Origin: Eledone cirrhosa
Lineage: Eukaryota
Assembly: GCA_964016885.1 (NCBI GenBank)
Contig: OZ024743.1
Location: 275,962,001-276,026,000, forward strand
DNA length: 64,000 bases
Direction: 5' to 3'
Part shown: positions 25,858-40,478 of the stretch, one piece after another
Layout of the letters: each line of letters begins with the position of its first letter
Numbering within the stretch: position 1 is the first letter of the stretch
Program-made: the position numbers and the translations under genes
The notes under the pieces: generated by a model
Database searches by the model: none
Told to the model about the DNA's origin: nothing
The model's input: the letters and a program-made list of their open reading frames with translations, nothing else

Positions 25858-26224
25858 ATGTGTGTGGAGGAAGAGGAACATCAGGTGTAGTGTTGGCAGA
25901 TTTCAGGAAGCATGGAAGTTTTGAAGGATGCAGTGTCCTGACGGCTAACAACTGATGCAGGTAGTTTGTTCCATGCTTCAGTAACTCTGAGCATGAAAAA
26001 ATGTTTCCAAAAGTCATGGGAGCTGTACTGTTTTCTGATTTTGTAAGCATGTCCACGGGTGTTAGACATATGGAATTCAAAAAGGTGCTCAGGGTTGTTG
26101 TTGGAAAGATGGTTAATAATCTTGTGGGTGTCTACCAAGTCAGTTGCCAGACATCGGAGCTTTAATGTATCCATGCCCAGGGAAGCAAGGCATTCAAAGT
26201 ATGGTAGATGCCTGATGGAGGATA
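25858..26224 (-). mobile_element. CR1-type LINE 3' fragment, same family as 18310-19470
   Basis: SIRHLPY...LGMDTLKLR...HFFMLRVTEAWNKLPASVV aligns with the 18528-19322 ORF. Confidence 0.93.
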
Positions 26225-27134
26225 TATAAAGGGAAGTTAAATTGTGGTGACGAAGATGATGATGATGATAGCGACATGTAAAATAAAGCAATATTTGAAA
26301 TTTCCTCTTGTTTTGTTGGGGGAGAACAAAGAGCTAATTGTGGGGTTTATTGAAATAAATATGTTGGTGGGTGGCAATGGTGGTGGTAAGAAGTGTGGAG
26401 ATTGAAATCAGAGGCTTTAGTACTGGGGGGGACAAAAAAGAGTGCTAGTAAAAATTATGAAAACTGCCATGTTAAGTTAGAGCAGATTAAATTTTATGTG
26501 ATGTCAGCTGCTGAAAGCCATATTACAGCACAGTTGTTGTTTGAGAAACTAGGCTTTTGAAGTGATTTTAGCTTGAATTACCATGACAGCTACGTGAAGA
26601 CATATTACTGCTTTCACCTCCTGTCATCTCTCTATCTCTTTTTATCCACCCCACTCTTCTCTCTCTCTCTCTCTCTCACAGAGAAAGAGTGGAAGTTGTA
26701 CAACTCAAAATTTTGCCGTGGGCAAGTTTTTAACTAACAAGTAATTAGCAATATCTAAAATAATTGTTCATTATTGACAAGAAAGAAGACAATTCTAGCT
26801 AGCCCTGCAAGTGAATAAGGGCTATAACATAGTTGATTCTTAAAAAATAAAAATAAAAATGAAAATAAATAAATAAAAACATTAATACAACTCACAACTG
26901 TGTGTACTTTAAAAAGGAGATGAAGCACTGCATAATTGGTGGACAGGGTGATGTGAGGTGTGGTGTGGTGTGGTGAAGATAAGTCATTGATAGCAATCAC
27001 AAACTGCATTTAGTAGAGTTATGGCAACACTAGCAAGCAGTGTATAGAACAGGAAGCAAACTACTAGCAAATAATCTAAATCTTATGACAAGGTTTCAAT
27101 TCCCGGTCATATTCTGCTTCACTTATGCTACTGT

Positions 27135-27407
27135 GTTGCTTAGTGGTAAGGGTGTTGGACAGATGATCAAAATGTCATGGGTTCAATACTTGGATTGGGT
27201 TGTGTTCTTGAGAAAACAAATCATTTCATGTTGCTCCAGTATACTCAACTGAAAATGAGTACCAGCAATAGCTGGGGGGGTTAACGCTGTGATGGGCTGC
27301 TGTCCTGTCCAGGAGAGGGTCTTGAACTCTCAGTTGCTTCAGACCCACAGAAACCAGGATAAGTACCGACCTGATGAGCCTCTGGGCTTGAGGCAGACTT
27401 TAGACTT
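27135..27407 (+). mobile_element. SINE family B copy
   Basis: Colinear with 16878-17157; has ggttcaatac B-box. Confidence 0.85.
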
Positions 27408-29941
27408 TTGCTGCTGATAACTTTTGGGATGGGAAGCATGAACACCACAACTTTTATAAGCCCTTTATTTTATATCGACCCAGTCCATAATTGAAAAAAA
27501 TAGTACCAACAGCAGGAGCTGGGAGTTAACTTTGTGACAGACTAGCATCCTAGCTTAGTATTCACAAACCAGAGACCTTGCTCAATTTTTGGAAATCCTT
27601 TGAAGTCTATGGGCACTGTCCCTTAATCCAGACTTTGCAAAAATAAAATATAATTAAGTTGGCAATATGTAATTTGCGATAAATTAGTCTGTGATTTCTA
27701 GCAAGCCAAGCAAGTTCATGCAGGCTATGTCATTAGCTAAAGAAAAATTAATGTTTTTAATGATGATGCTTGAGATCAATGTACTGAAGAATTTTCTGGT
27801 ATTTGAATATTTTACTAAACAACTGTGAGGCTTTGAGTGAGACAGAAAGGGGGTTGAAATGGAGAGGAAGACAAAAAAAAAAACTAATTATACCACCATA
27901 GCTATAGAAATTATTATAATTTTTTGTTTGTTTCATCTGATCATGCAAAAACAAAACAAGAATTACATATGTACAAAAATAAATAAAATATGACAAAATA
28001 TTTCAATTTTCAACACCAAGCAACATGTTTGCATGAGCTGAGCTATAGTGGAAGAAAAAAAAAATCAGATTACAAATTCAAGCAACATACTTGTATGATC
28101 TGAGCTATTGTAAAGGAAAAAATTAAATTACAAATTTAGAGCATTTTTATACCTCAAACCTAATAGTAGTTAGTTGTATAGGTTGTACAATAATTGTATT
28201 TTAACAGCAATTGTGTGAAACAACTGCAACCCATGAGTAGATAGAGCCCATTGCAGTTTTCCTCTTACTCACTGTAATTATATGAAGCTAAATATTCGAT
28301 AAGAGCATCTGTATCTTAGCAAACAGTTATAATGCTGTTGTTTAATCTAAGGTTAGCCAGATAGTGAGACCTATGATCAAAACAGTTCCAATTAAGACCA
28401 TCTCTTCCATCCACACCCCACAGTGTATATAGGATGATATTATCCAACATACACTTCCATTTTCCCTGCATGAAGGTACGGTGTGTAATTTGAGGAAGAT
28501 TTGGTTGCTACATCTAGCAGGTCAAGCAAATATTCACAGGCTCTATCATTAAGGCAGTTAAACTGAAATGAACCAATTCATCTAAGGTGGTGTAATCTAA
28601 AGGGTAAATTAATCTAAAATATTGGTTTACGGTCCCAGAGCATTAATAGTAAAACCAAGGGTTCAAACAGAATTTACAACAGAGATGGTTTGTGTGTGTG
28701 CTTGCATGCAAAAAGATAGTTTGTGTAAGTTTGTGTGTGTGTGGGTGTAAAACAATGAATGAACAACTGTTTTAGAATAAATAAGTCAGATTAATTTAAA
28801 TCTCATTGATCAGTAGAAGACAGAAGAAAGAATTTAAGGTCAAATTTTGTTGACTTCTTTTCCTATTGGAAAGTGTGTGTATATATGGAGAGGGTAGAGG
28901 AAATGTCACTTGGCATATCTAAATCCAGAATCTAAACCATTTATTTAATAAGTGAAGGAATTGGATTACAAAACAACAACAACAAGAACACCAGCAGCAT
29001 TGACAACAAAGCTATTATAAGTTAGTATGGACATGTAATTGTGAAAAGGAATGATTACAAACTAGGTGGAAAGGAAGAAAGTATAAGGAGATGGTAATGA
29101 TAGTTTGAGTTTTTAGATGGTCTGTTAAACTAGACAGATGAGATAGCAATGGATGAAGCAAGAGGTGTAGAAAGACTTCTTGTTTTTGTTGTAATAAAAA
29201 CCCAGCTAAATCCACACCTAAAAAGAAAATACACATTTAACAGGTGGTGGTGGTGAGGATGCTGCTGCTGGTGGTGATGATAATGGCATTAGTGTTTAGT
29301 GGTGATCATGATGATGATGATGATAGTGGTTGCTGTGATGATGATGATGCATCCGCCAAATTCTGCAATTGATATTTTACAATGAAAATGACGGGGGGGG
29401 GGGGGGGGGGGGGGGCAGTGAAGGCAAGTAAATACAAGGCTAGAGAAAGAAATAGAAAGTTAATAGGTGGTGGTGGCGATGATGATGATGATCTTGATGA
29501 TGATGAGGGTGGTGGTGGTAATGATGATAGTGGTGGTGGAGGTGTTGTTGCCTCCACCAAATTCTGCAACAATGAAAATGATGGGAGTTGGTGGGAGTGG
29601 AGGAGCTATATAGGGCATCCAGTACACTTAATGTTAACAGTAGTTATTGTGATTATTAACTACATCCATGGATTTACTTGCTTGCAGTAGTTCTCTCTCT
29701 CTCTCTCTCTCTCTCTGCGAAGAAAGGGGGTGGGGGATAAATAGGGGTAGTAGAGAAAGAAAGGAGTGATTGTAAGAGAGGAAGAAAAGAGAAGCAGAAG
29801 AAAAGAAAAATAGGCAGAGGGAAACAAAAAGATAGCAAATGAAAAGGAGGAGAGAGAGAGAGCAAGAGTAAGAGAGTAACAAAGGAGGAGGGAGAACAAG
29901 AGAAAATAGGGAGGGGCAAGACAGAAGGGAGAACAAGAAAG

Positions 29942-29986
<45 letters not shown>

Positions 29987-30338
29987 AAGAATGAAAGGAG
30001 AGTAAAAAAAGAGAGAAGGAAGAAGAAGGAGAGGGAGGGAAAGCAACAGAGAAGGCAGTAAATAAGAGAGGAGGAAGAACAAGAGATAAAGAGGGAGACT
30101 GGTTGAGCTCTCTCTGTCCCTCCCTGCTGCAGGAGAATATTATCATAGTAATCATTGGGAAAAAAAAAGAACCAAAGTAAATGCAAGAGTAAAGAGGTCA
30201 GCAACTAGCAGTGACCAGCTCCATAAAGAGCAGTAATTTCATCACATTAAGACTAATTTTGAGCAGAGTCATTATGTTAATAATAAGAGGATCACTGGAG
30301 TATGTCTATAAGGAGCAAAATATACATACCACACATGC

Positions 30339-30712
<374 letters not shown>

Positions 30713-33384
30713 ATAAATAAGACTATCTCCCTCCCCAGTCCCTCCACATCATCACAATAAGTAGCTTAAGACTATTTTGACTGACAGTAATTAGAACTCT
30801 TGAAGTAGCATTAATAACGGGGTTAAAATAATTGGTTAAAAAAAAAAAGACAAACTTTCATAAATAACTACATAAATGAAAAGTTTCAACCAACACAATC
30901 CCATGCCTGCCCACCCCCGCCTCCCACTAAAGAGAAGGAAACAAATTAAAAAACAAAAACAAAGCCCTCAGTCATTCTTTATAATAATCTAAAATGTCTA
31001 AAACAGCTTAATAGGTTAAGATATTGGGTCTTTTGTAACAAACAAGGAGAGGAGATGGAAGGAGGGAAGAGCTTGGTGGAACAATTTCATGGATTTCCAC
31101 AGACACCTGAATTTGAGTCATGTGGACAGGTGCTCTGGAATGCCAGTAAATGTTCTTCTTCCCTCTCTCACCTTAAATTTCATTTCATTTAGTAAAGAGA
31201 GAGAGGGAGAGAGAGAGAGAGAGAAGAAGAAAAAAACTAAAACAAAAATAATAAAATCAAACCAAAAATAATAAAACGAAAATAATAAAATCAAAATCAA
31301 AATAATAAAATCAAAACAAAAATTAAAATTAAGGAAAAGAATACACACAGACAGACAGATAGATAGATAAGATATATACAAGTTTGAGCCATTGAATCAA
31401 CTGACCTCTAGGTAGGAAAGATAATTAGTTTATAAACTCTTTTACAGAATTTCATTTTGAGAGAATGAAGGAAGAAAATTTGACTTTTTTTCTTTTACTT
31501 TTTACTTTTGATTGTTGAAATAATGCCATCAGTTTTTTCCATTAATTAATTATTATTATTATTCTGTTTGTTAAAGTAAATAGTGTGGATAAGTAATGAA
31601 ACAAAGACTATATATATACATATATATATTACAGAAACGAATGGTGATTCGTTTTTTTTTTTCTTCTTTTTTTTTGCTTGTTTTATTATAATGTGACAAT
31701 TTTAGAGAGCGCCAATGTTCATTAAAATGTGTGTAGATATCATGTTATATGAAAATAAACATATTGATTTCTTTTTTAAATAGGCCCAAGGGCAGATACT
31801 TTGAGTGGGTGAAAGAAACTGTTCATTATATCAATCCTAGTATGTGACTAAGGCGATGAAGTGGCAGAGTCATGATAACGTCAGATAGAATTCTTTGCAG
31901 TACTCTCTAAGTTCAAATTCTATCATGGTCAACTTTCCCTTTCATTCTTTTGAGGTTGATAAAAAAAGTACTAGTTTAGTACTGGGGTCGATTCTTCCTC
32001 TATATTTCTTTCTCACTTTCTATCCATTGCTGGAAGAATTCTGCTGTATTCAGTCATGGAGATGAGATTGGTTCCACCAGGCTAAAAACATGCCCAAGAA
32101 ATGCTACATGCTACCATGACACCCCAATGACTCCATCAAGAGTACAGAAGTAAAAAAAAATAGGAAAGAGTACATGATTAGCAGTTTATTTTATCGACTT
32201 TCTGAAGGATGAAAAGCAAAGTAGCTCACATCAGGTTTTGAATTGAAAATATAAACTGTAAGGCATCTATAACCCTTCATCATCATCACCATCATTTTGC
32301 ATTGGCTTAGATGAGTTAGCCTTCCTAGACAGGTAGGAAGACTTGGCCTTACTCATACGTTCCAATTTTGGGGATGGTTTCTATCACAAACCACCTTATT
32401 GAGTATATGGCAGTATCAACACCATAAAGGTCGTCATATCATATATTGTCTCTGATTATCAGCCATTTTACAGAGTGTACTAGGTAAAATTTATCATGGC
32501 ACCAAAATAAATATTAAACAGTACCTGATAGCTGAACATAATGTAGAGTAAGAGGGGAAAAATGAAGATAGGGTGAGTTTTGGAGTTCAAATTAAGTCTT
32601 TCATTGCCATAATTCTAATGAAATACATTACCTATGATTTTGTAATAATTTTGAAAATGATCGAGAGATTTAATAATATCTTAACAAAGGTTCTTACATA
32701 AAACTATGATGGAGGGTTTTTAGATTAAGTACAAGCACTTTAAACCAAACAGTTTTGTATTGTAGAACTAAGGGTGGTTTAAAAAGGTTAAAGGAAATAG
32801 TTACAGAACTGTACTCACTAACTGTGTGCTGACACAAATGGCTTGTAATGTGAATACCTAGATATATAGATTGAGTAGCAAAATCATTTAAGCTGTTCCA
32901 GAAACTAGGAAGTATTTCCTACAAATCTTTCCTTTTATTGATTAATAAAAATAAAAAAAAATTGAAAATTCTTTCCACCAGACATAGCAAAAAAAAACCC
33001 AAACAAAGCAAAAAAAAAAAAAAAAAAGTTTCTCCTTCCCACCTCTCCACCTGCCATGAAACTTTTTTTTCAGAGCACAGTGAATCTCTAAAGTACATTT
33101 GAAATTTTTGTGTTTAATTTAGTCAATCTTGTGTGTGTGTGTGGGGGGGGGGGGGGGGGGGGTATCCTCTTCGAGTTTGTCGAGAACAAAACAAAAATAG
33201 AATTTTGTTTTAAGAATAGGGAGAAAATCAGTGAAGAGAGGAAGACGAGAAAACTGAAGCAATACAACTAAAATAAGCAACCAAACATAATTTTGGTATT
33301 TTCATTTTCATATCTAAATTTAAAAAAAAAAAAAAGGGAGAATTAAATTAGGTTGAACCAACATTTAGTTAATATTAACAATAA

Positions 33385-33590
33385 TAATAATGGTTTCTGA
33401 TTTAGACACAAGGCCAACAATTTTGGAGGAGGTGAAAGTTGATTTAATCGATCCAGTACATTACTGGTACTTCATTTTATTGACTGCGTAAGGATGAAAG
33501 GCAAAGTTAACCGTGGCAAGATTTGAACTCAGACCATAATGACCCGTAACTACATACTACAAAGCATGATGGCCAACACTCTAATGAATA
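33385..33590 (-). mobile_element. SINE family A copy
   Basis: ctggtactt..ttttattgac...aggatgaaaggcaaagttaacc...gatttgaactcaga. Confidence 0.85.
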
Positions 33591-35742
33591 ATAACAATAA
33601 AGATGGTGATGATAATATTAATATTGATAATAATAATAATAAATAAAGCAAGTTAAAGTAATGTTAATGTTTAGTGACTGCATCGATTGCTGCATTGAAC
33701 ACCTCATTAAAATAATATACAGACTTTGCACTAACAAAGGAGCTTCTATATGGTTACTGAACATGCTAGAATTAGCAGCTAAATGTTCCTTCAAGTCCCT
33801 GTTATTGTAATTTAAAAAAGAAAAAACAGATAAACACATCAAATAGAATAGCTCTAGATATATCATGTCTGCTAGATTAGGGCTGTCCTATGGTTATAAA
33901 TAGCAATAAGACCATATATGCACACTTTCCACTTTATACAACATTATTGTTCTGGAACTTATTTTCTTATATATGCAGCTGGCTCAGGAAAAAATATTAC
34001 CTAACCTCAAAACAATGAGATAGTTTTTATGTTAATCATGGCAGTGCTCCAGCATGGGCTTTGACCTATGGGGCTATAACAAACTGCAGAACAAGTTTTA
34101 ATTTAATGATTTGCATACTTAGTAAGGTTAATTGCCTACTCCATGTGTAAATATACTTGTTGAAGTGATATCCGTATGAGTATCTTCCACTACCAACTAA
34201 CTTGCCCTCTGCTTCTGGGTCCCAGTCAACAGGATGGAGAATGCATTACCCCAAAGGACAGCGAGAGAGATGTGCTAAAATAGCCACTCCACCTTGAAGA
34301 GGCTTGCACCTGTGGGCAGCCAACTCTGTTCCGATAGCAGTGAATAGAGATGTAGTCAGGGGAGCCAAGAATGCTGTAAGTCTCCACTGCTACAGGCTCT
34401 ACTACAAACCTATCTTTATAATTTCCAATATTCTAATCACATTAATTAATATAGTTCATGGTTATAAATTACTGATTTGTTGACAAAGAGTAATTTAAAA
34501 AAATAGGTAACTAGGTTCAACTTCTTAATAATAGTTTAATTTTATATTTAGGTCTCTTGTGTAAGTTCTTGGCAAATCTTAATAAATCCATTATTGTTTT
34601 TTGTTCCCAATAGGAACCATTTCATTTACACAACTAATGAATTTGTGAAAGACAACTTCGTATTTCTCTATTTTATATACAAGAGCATTTAGGATTATTT
34701 AAGACACATTAGTCGATTATCATTCAAGACTATTGTTAATCATTCCTCAAAAAACATTGAGTTTGGTCATTATAACTTGGCACACACTCTTAAAACCCTG
34801 AAGGAGCACATTTTATTTCAAATACGCAGAATATGTAAAATGAATAATTACATTTATTAGCAGGACCTCTGTAAATTGTAAATTTTATAAATTGTCTTAT
34901 GCATAAATTTATAGATCCTCATAACATTGTTTCACTAAGTTGAAAATTCTGATTACGTTTCCAATTTTGTTTTCCTTATGCTAAAAATGTTGATGGTGTC
35001 TTCTATTTCTTCATCATCACCGCTTAAAGTCCATTTTTCAACACTAAGATGGGCTAGACGGGCAGATGACCATGTCTTGCTTATACAAAATCATTTCTGG
35101 CTTGGTTTCTATAGTTGGATGCTCTTCCTAATGTCAACCACATTTACAGAATGGACTGGATGCCTTTTATATTGTTTAAAGTGTAACATTAAAGCATATC
35201 ACATGTTAAAAATTCTGATTATGTATTTGATTTCATTCCATTGTTCATATTGTTTAAATCATAACATTCAAGCATGTTTCATTAAATTAAAACTTCCAGT
35301 TGTGTCTTTATTGTTGTTCATGGCAACAGTGGTTTAAAATATAGCAAACACAAAAACACTATAACAAACAGAATATTATAGATTCTTAAATGTAATTAAG
35401 TTTATTAATTTTATTTGATACAGTTCAACAACCTGAACTATATATAAAAATTAACCAGCTGCTATTTAAAGAAGATGATTTATCTAACCTTTTTGTTGCT
35501 AAGGTGTGAAAAACTTCACCACTCAAATTAATATTGTTTAACTATTAACATTCTGTAGTAATTTAGAATAAACCAGGCTTGCTTGTTCAGATGTTTATAG
35601 TATTTTTACTAAAGGGGAGATAGTTGTGAAAATTTGCTGCAAACCAAATTAAAGCCTTTAATTTTTAATGTGATGCAGTCACAGTGCTGTTTTGTAATTT
35701 TGAAGAATGCCTTACTAACAATGTGGTTTCATGTGGTACAGG

Positions 35743-35828
<86 letters not shown>

Positions 35829-38800
35829 TACATATGTAATCATTATAATTATGATGATGAAGAAAGATTTCTGGCTTTCCAGACACATGTTATTGAAATT
35901 TATAACATTCTCTTCAATGTTATGTCAGCGTTTTGTAAGTAATTAGTATCGTTACGATGATGGTTTGTCTGGCTCTCTACTCATCTATTAGATAAATTTA
36001 TGACATACTCTTGAAAATTATATTGTGCTGATAGAGGTGGGTTTAGTGATAATGATGATGGGAGGTGAAGTGATAATGATGATGGGAGGTGAAGTGATGA
36101 TGATGGTATAAGGGGGAGTAGTGACGGTGACGGTGATGATTTCTGGCTTTACATACATGTTATAAAAATTTATAACATACTCTTGAATGTCAAATGCTTT
36201 TGTATTCACTGCTATGACGATGAGGAACTGTTTCGTTTTCTAGGCCTCATCATCAGTAGCATTAGCTTTACGTTGACTTTTTCATGCTGACATGGATTAG
36301 ACAGGATTCTCTGAGGCGATGCTTTACAGCCAGATGTTCTTCCAGACACCAACCCTTTTAGTTGCTTCTTATGACATGCAGAGATACAGTGTAGCTATTC
36401 TAAACCAGACATACATGACCTCTATTAGCAAATTTATAACATAACTTTAAATGTTGCATCGTACTTTGTTACTTTCATGAAAAAATCCAATTCATATGGC
36501 AAATTCAAGAGTCACATTTTAACTTTTAACTTCATGTGCCACATGAAAATGAATTAGAAACACTTTTGAGAAGTATAAATCAGGACTATGACTGAATCAT
36601 TTTCCTTTATTACTAAACCATGTGATGTTAAAAATTAAATATGACTCAAATCATAATCACAGGCATTTGTTTTGCTGTGATTTAGTAGAAAGGAGAAAGT
36701 ATCTAGCTTCCATAATGCTACTCTCAAACATATTGATAATGTATATTGTGGTTTTTAAAATAACTACATCATACTGCTGTGTGATGTAAAAGAGGTAACT
36801 AAAACAGTTGGTGACAGGAAGAGCATCTGGCCGTAAAACAATGTGTCAAAAATTCTGGTTCAATCCATCAATACCAACATGGAGAAGTGGATGTTAAAAA
36901 CAATGATGATGATATATTAATGCTTCACTAATTCTATTGTCCTTTGCAACCACCATAACTTTCCTATCAAGACATTGATGCAAACAGTGCTTTTTTTTTT
37001 CCCCACTTATCTAAGTTAACATCATGTTATCATGGGGGGGGGGTGGGGGGTGGGGGGTGGGGGGGGAATTTAAATTTATCTGATGATGGTCAATTCCAGC
37101 CATTATCAGTTCTAATAATAAAGCCAAGAAATGAATTTGAATAATCTGATATTATCAAGCATCAAAATAATTCCTTTTGTACCATCATCCATAAACCTCT
37201 TGTTTATATTCCATGTCAAAAGCCAGCAAATGTAAAGTGGAGGAAAAAAGGTTAATAGATATAAAAATAACAAAAAGAATTTTCGATGAAATTAACTTGT
37301 ATACCAAAGAAATCCCAACTAAATTTAAGATGTTAACCCTTTTAATACCAAACCAAATGAAACCACCCTCTGCTTCTATGATACAAAGCTGTTTAATTCA
37401 AAGTGTTTAGAATTGTCTAAACAAAATTTCCCTCCTAATTTTATAAATAAATATTTGTTAAGTTATACTCCAGACACTAGCTTAATAATGAGAAAGTTAT
37501 TAAATACCCAAATTCTTGATTATTTTCAAAATATTTGATAAATTCTAAGCAGGTTTAATAAGGTTTTACTTGCTCCCTGGGTTGTAAAAATAACATAAGA
37601 TCTGTCTGCAATATGAGGATGAGGATGGTGAGAGAGGAGGATGGGGGAGGGAAGAGGAGTAAGAAGTATTGAACTAAAAGAAAAACTGAGCAAAAGAGGG
37701 GACTCAGATGTAGGTGTACAAGAGAAAAGAAAGCACCAGTATGGATGATGATAGTGGAAGTAAGATGCAGTAAAGGAAGACAGAGGAAGCCCGAGACAGA
37801 AGTAGAAAGAGCTGATCTCAAAACGTTGACCCTCACAGAAGAGATGACAAAGATCTGCATGAGGAGGATGTGCTGTAAAGATGACCCCGTCCAACCAATA
37901 AAAGCATCGAAAATCAGATGTAAAATGTTAAAGACGATGATATGCTTATCACATTAAATGATTTTTACTAATTGCATGCAGTGTAAAGAACCATGTCCAA
38001 CTCCTTATGACTGATTACAATTGGGCTTATAATAACACTGTTATATTCATTGAAATATATATAGTTGGGTTTAATAAGCATGGTGGTGCAAGCTAGAATC
38101 AACCAGTTTGGTAACAAAAGAGTTAATAAAACTGTATTTCATTGACACTCCATTACATCATCAAAGCAAATCTAATTTGTGACATTCAAGATGATTTATT
38201 ATGAAATTATCAGTGTGCAACATATTAAAGATATCCATAACCAATAATGTATTGAACCTCACGTAGATCATCCCTCAATTCTGCTGCTAACATATCAGCA
38301 TCAGTGGATTATGATCGTCACTAATGTCATCATCATCATCATCATCAATATTGGCGGATGGCCAAAATTGTTAGAATGTTGGACAAATACTTTGCAGTAT
38401 TAATTATGGTCCTCCATGTTCTTGCCAATAAACTTTTCCCTCCTGTTATTTTTGGAAAACATGGATACCAGTAGAATAATGTAATATATCCATAACTTTT
38501 TAAAAGCTCTTAACATTCTGTACCATGTAAAATTGCATCAGCAAAATATTCTTAAAAGTACAAAACAGCACTAAGCAGGCATCAATTTAAAAATTATAAC
38601 CATTTCTCTAATAGTGCACATTTTCACAACAATCTGTCCACTAGTAAAAATACTACAAACATTTGAATTATCAAACCGATTTTAAGATATTTTCTACTCA
38701 ATAATGTAATATACTGTATTAACAAGATATTCCTGAAAAGTACAAAGCAGCACTATGTCAGCATCACATTAATTATTGTTTGGAAAGTGGAAAGTCTTCT

Positions 38801-40187
38801 ATTGCTGGATGCCCTTCCTATCACCAACTACCTTAATGGCTGTACTGCTTGCATTTTTCAAAGAATCGGCACTAAAAAAGTTGTTGTGACATTACTAGAG
38901 TTCTCTCACCCTTTTGTTTGGCAAGTGGCAAGTTGTCTATGGCTGGATGTCTTTCCTACTGCCAATCCCTTACAGCATGTACTGGTTGCATTTTTCATGG
39001 CACCAGCACTAGAGAGGTTGTCTTTGCATGATTGAACAGTCCTCTCAATCTTCCTCTGGGAATTGGAAGATAATTGGTGAAATATATCGAAATTGCAACA
39101 TATACAAATATAGAAGAAGATAGAAGAAATGAGGATGATAATGACAATGATGAAAAAAATGAGGATGGAGGATGAGGATGAGCATCAATGAGATAATTCT
39201 ATAAGCAATGCTCCAGATCCTAACCTCACCCCCACCAACTAACCAACCTTTCTTTGTCCATATCAATGATGTGAAAGAGAAACAAACTAAGAAGCTAGCT
39301 AAGTGCTTATGAACAGTGTTAACACCAGTCTAGTGGAAAGATAGCAGAGGCCAGTGGATTTGGTATGCATATATATGTAAGTATGTTGTATGTGTTGAAG
39401 AAGGTGAAAAAGGAAAATATTCTGAAATGCAATGTCCAAAAAATGTGTGGATGTGTGTGTGTGTGTAAAGATATGATTCAATTAAAAGTAAAGAAATAAA
39501 TAAAAAAAGAGAGAATGGAAGATTGGTAAGTAGGGGAGAGGGAAGGGGTGTAGATTTTATACACATATACCATCATATGTGTGTATATGATACACACGCA
39601 CAGACACATAAATGAATGCCCTTAATTCATCACATAAGCAGTCATAGCTGCTTCTTTTACTTTTAACTGTTTATGTGAGTGTGTACACACACATATATAT
39701 GATAATGTTATGTCGGTATATATACAAATATAGTCTCTCTCCCCCTCTATCGATATATATATTAAATTTGTTCTATACACTCTACTGTATGTGTGGATAT
39801 GGATGGAACATGCCCAGCCCATGCCACCATGGAAAACAAGTAAAACAATGACACACATACACACACGTGTATATATAAGAGGGATATAAAGAGAAAGAGA
39901 GAAAAATGAGGAAGTAGGAGCTGGAGAATGAAAGATAAGTGATATCTCTATCAGTAAGGTTCAATAACCTCTCCTCCTCTTCCTCCGTCTCTCCGCCCCA
40001 ACGGACTAGCTGGTTTCTTTCTCATAAGCAAGAATTACATTTCTATTGAAATGTAAAACCTTGTTAGTTTTTATTAGCCAGGATAGCTAACAAAACACCA
40101 AGTCTATTGATTCCCATATAACCAACACCACCCTCTCTTTCCTTTTTTAAAAATACTATTATATGAAATTACCTACCACCACCACCG

Positions 40188-40243
<56 letters not shown>

Positions 40244-40429
40244 ATCCAACAGTTTTAAATAAATATATAAAAAATATTGCCCTTTTATTTGGAGGATGCT
40301 ATAGAGGAGAGGTTTAGGATAAACTCATAATTTTGTAATGTTTTGTTCAATACTAATGGTTTTTTTTTTTATTGATTTATAAATATTAAATGAAAAAAAT
40401 TACCGTAAAATCAATGATATAAACACGAT

Positions 40430-40478
<49 letters not shown>

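Noticed and set aside
27371-27400. CTGATGAGCC...GGCT(C/T)GA(A/G)AC in the SINE B tail as a hammerhead
   Set aside because: The GA of the core is used in the gagcc/ggctc stem, two extra bases precede GAAA and there is no stem I or III; more likely the 3' stem-loop recognised by the partner LINE.
31090-31170. TGIPEHLST as the TCF DPKTGIP exon
   Set aside because: Immediate stop codon, no flanking TCF motifs and no convincing splice sites.
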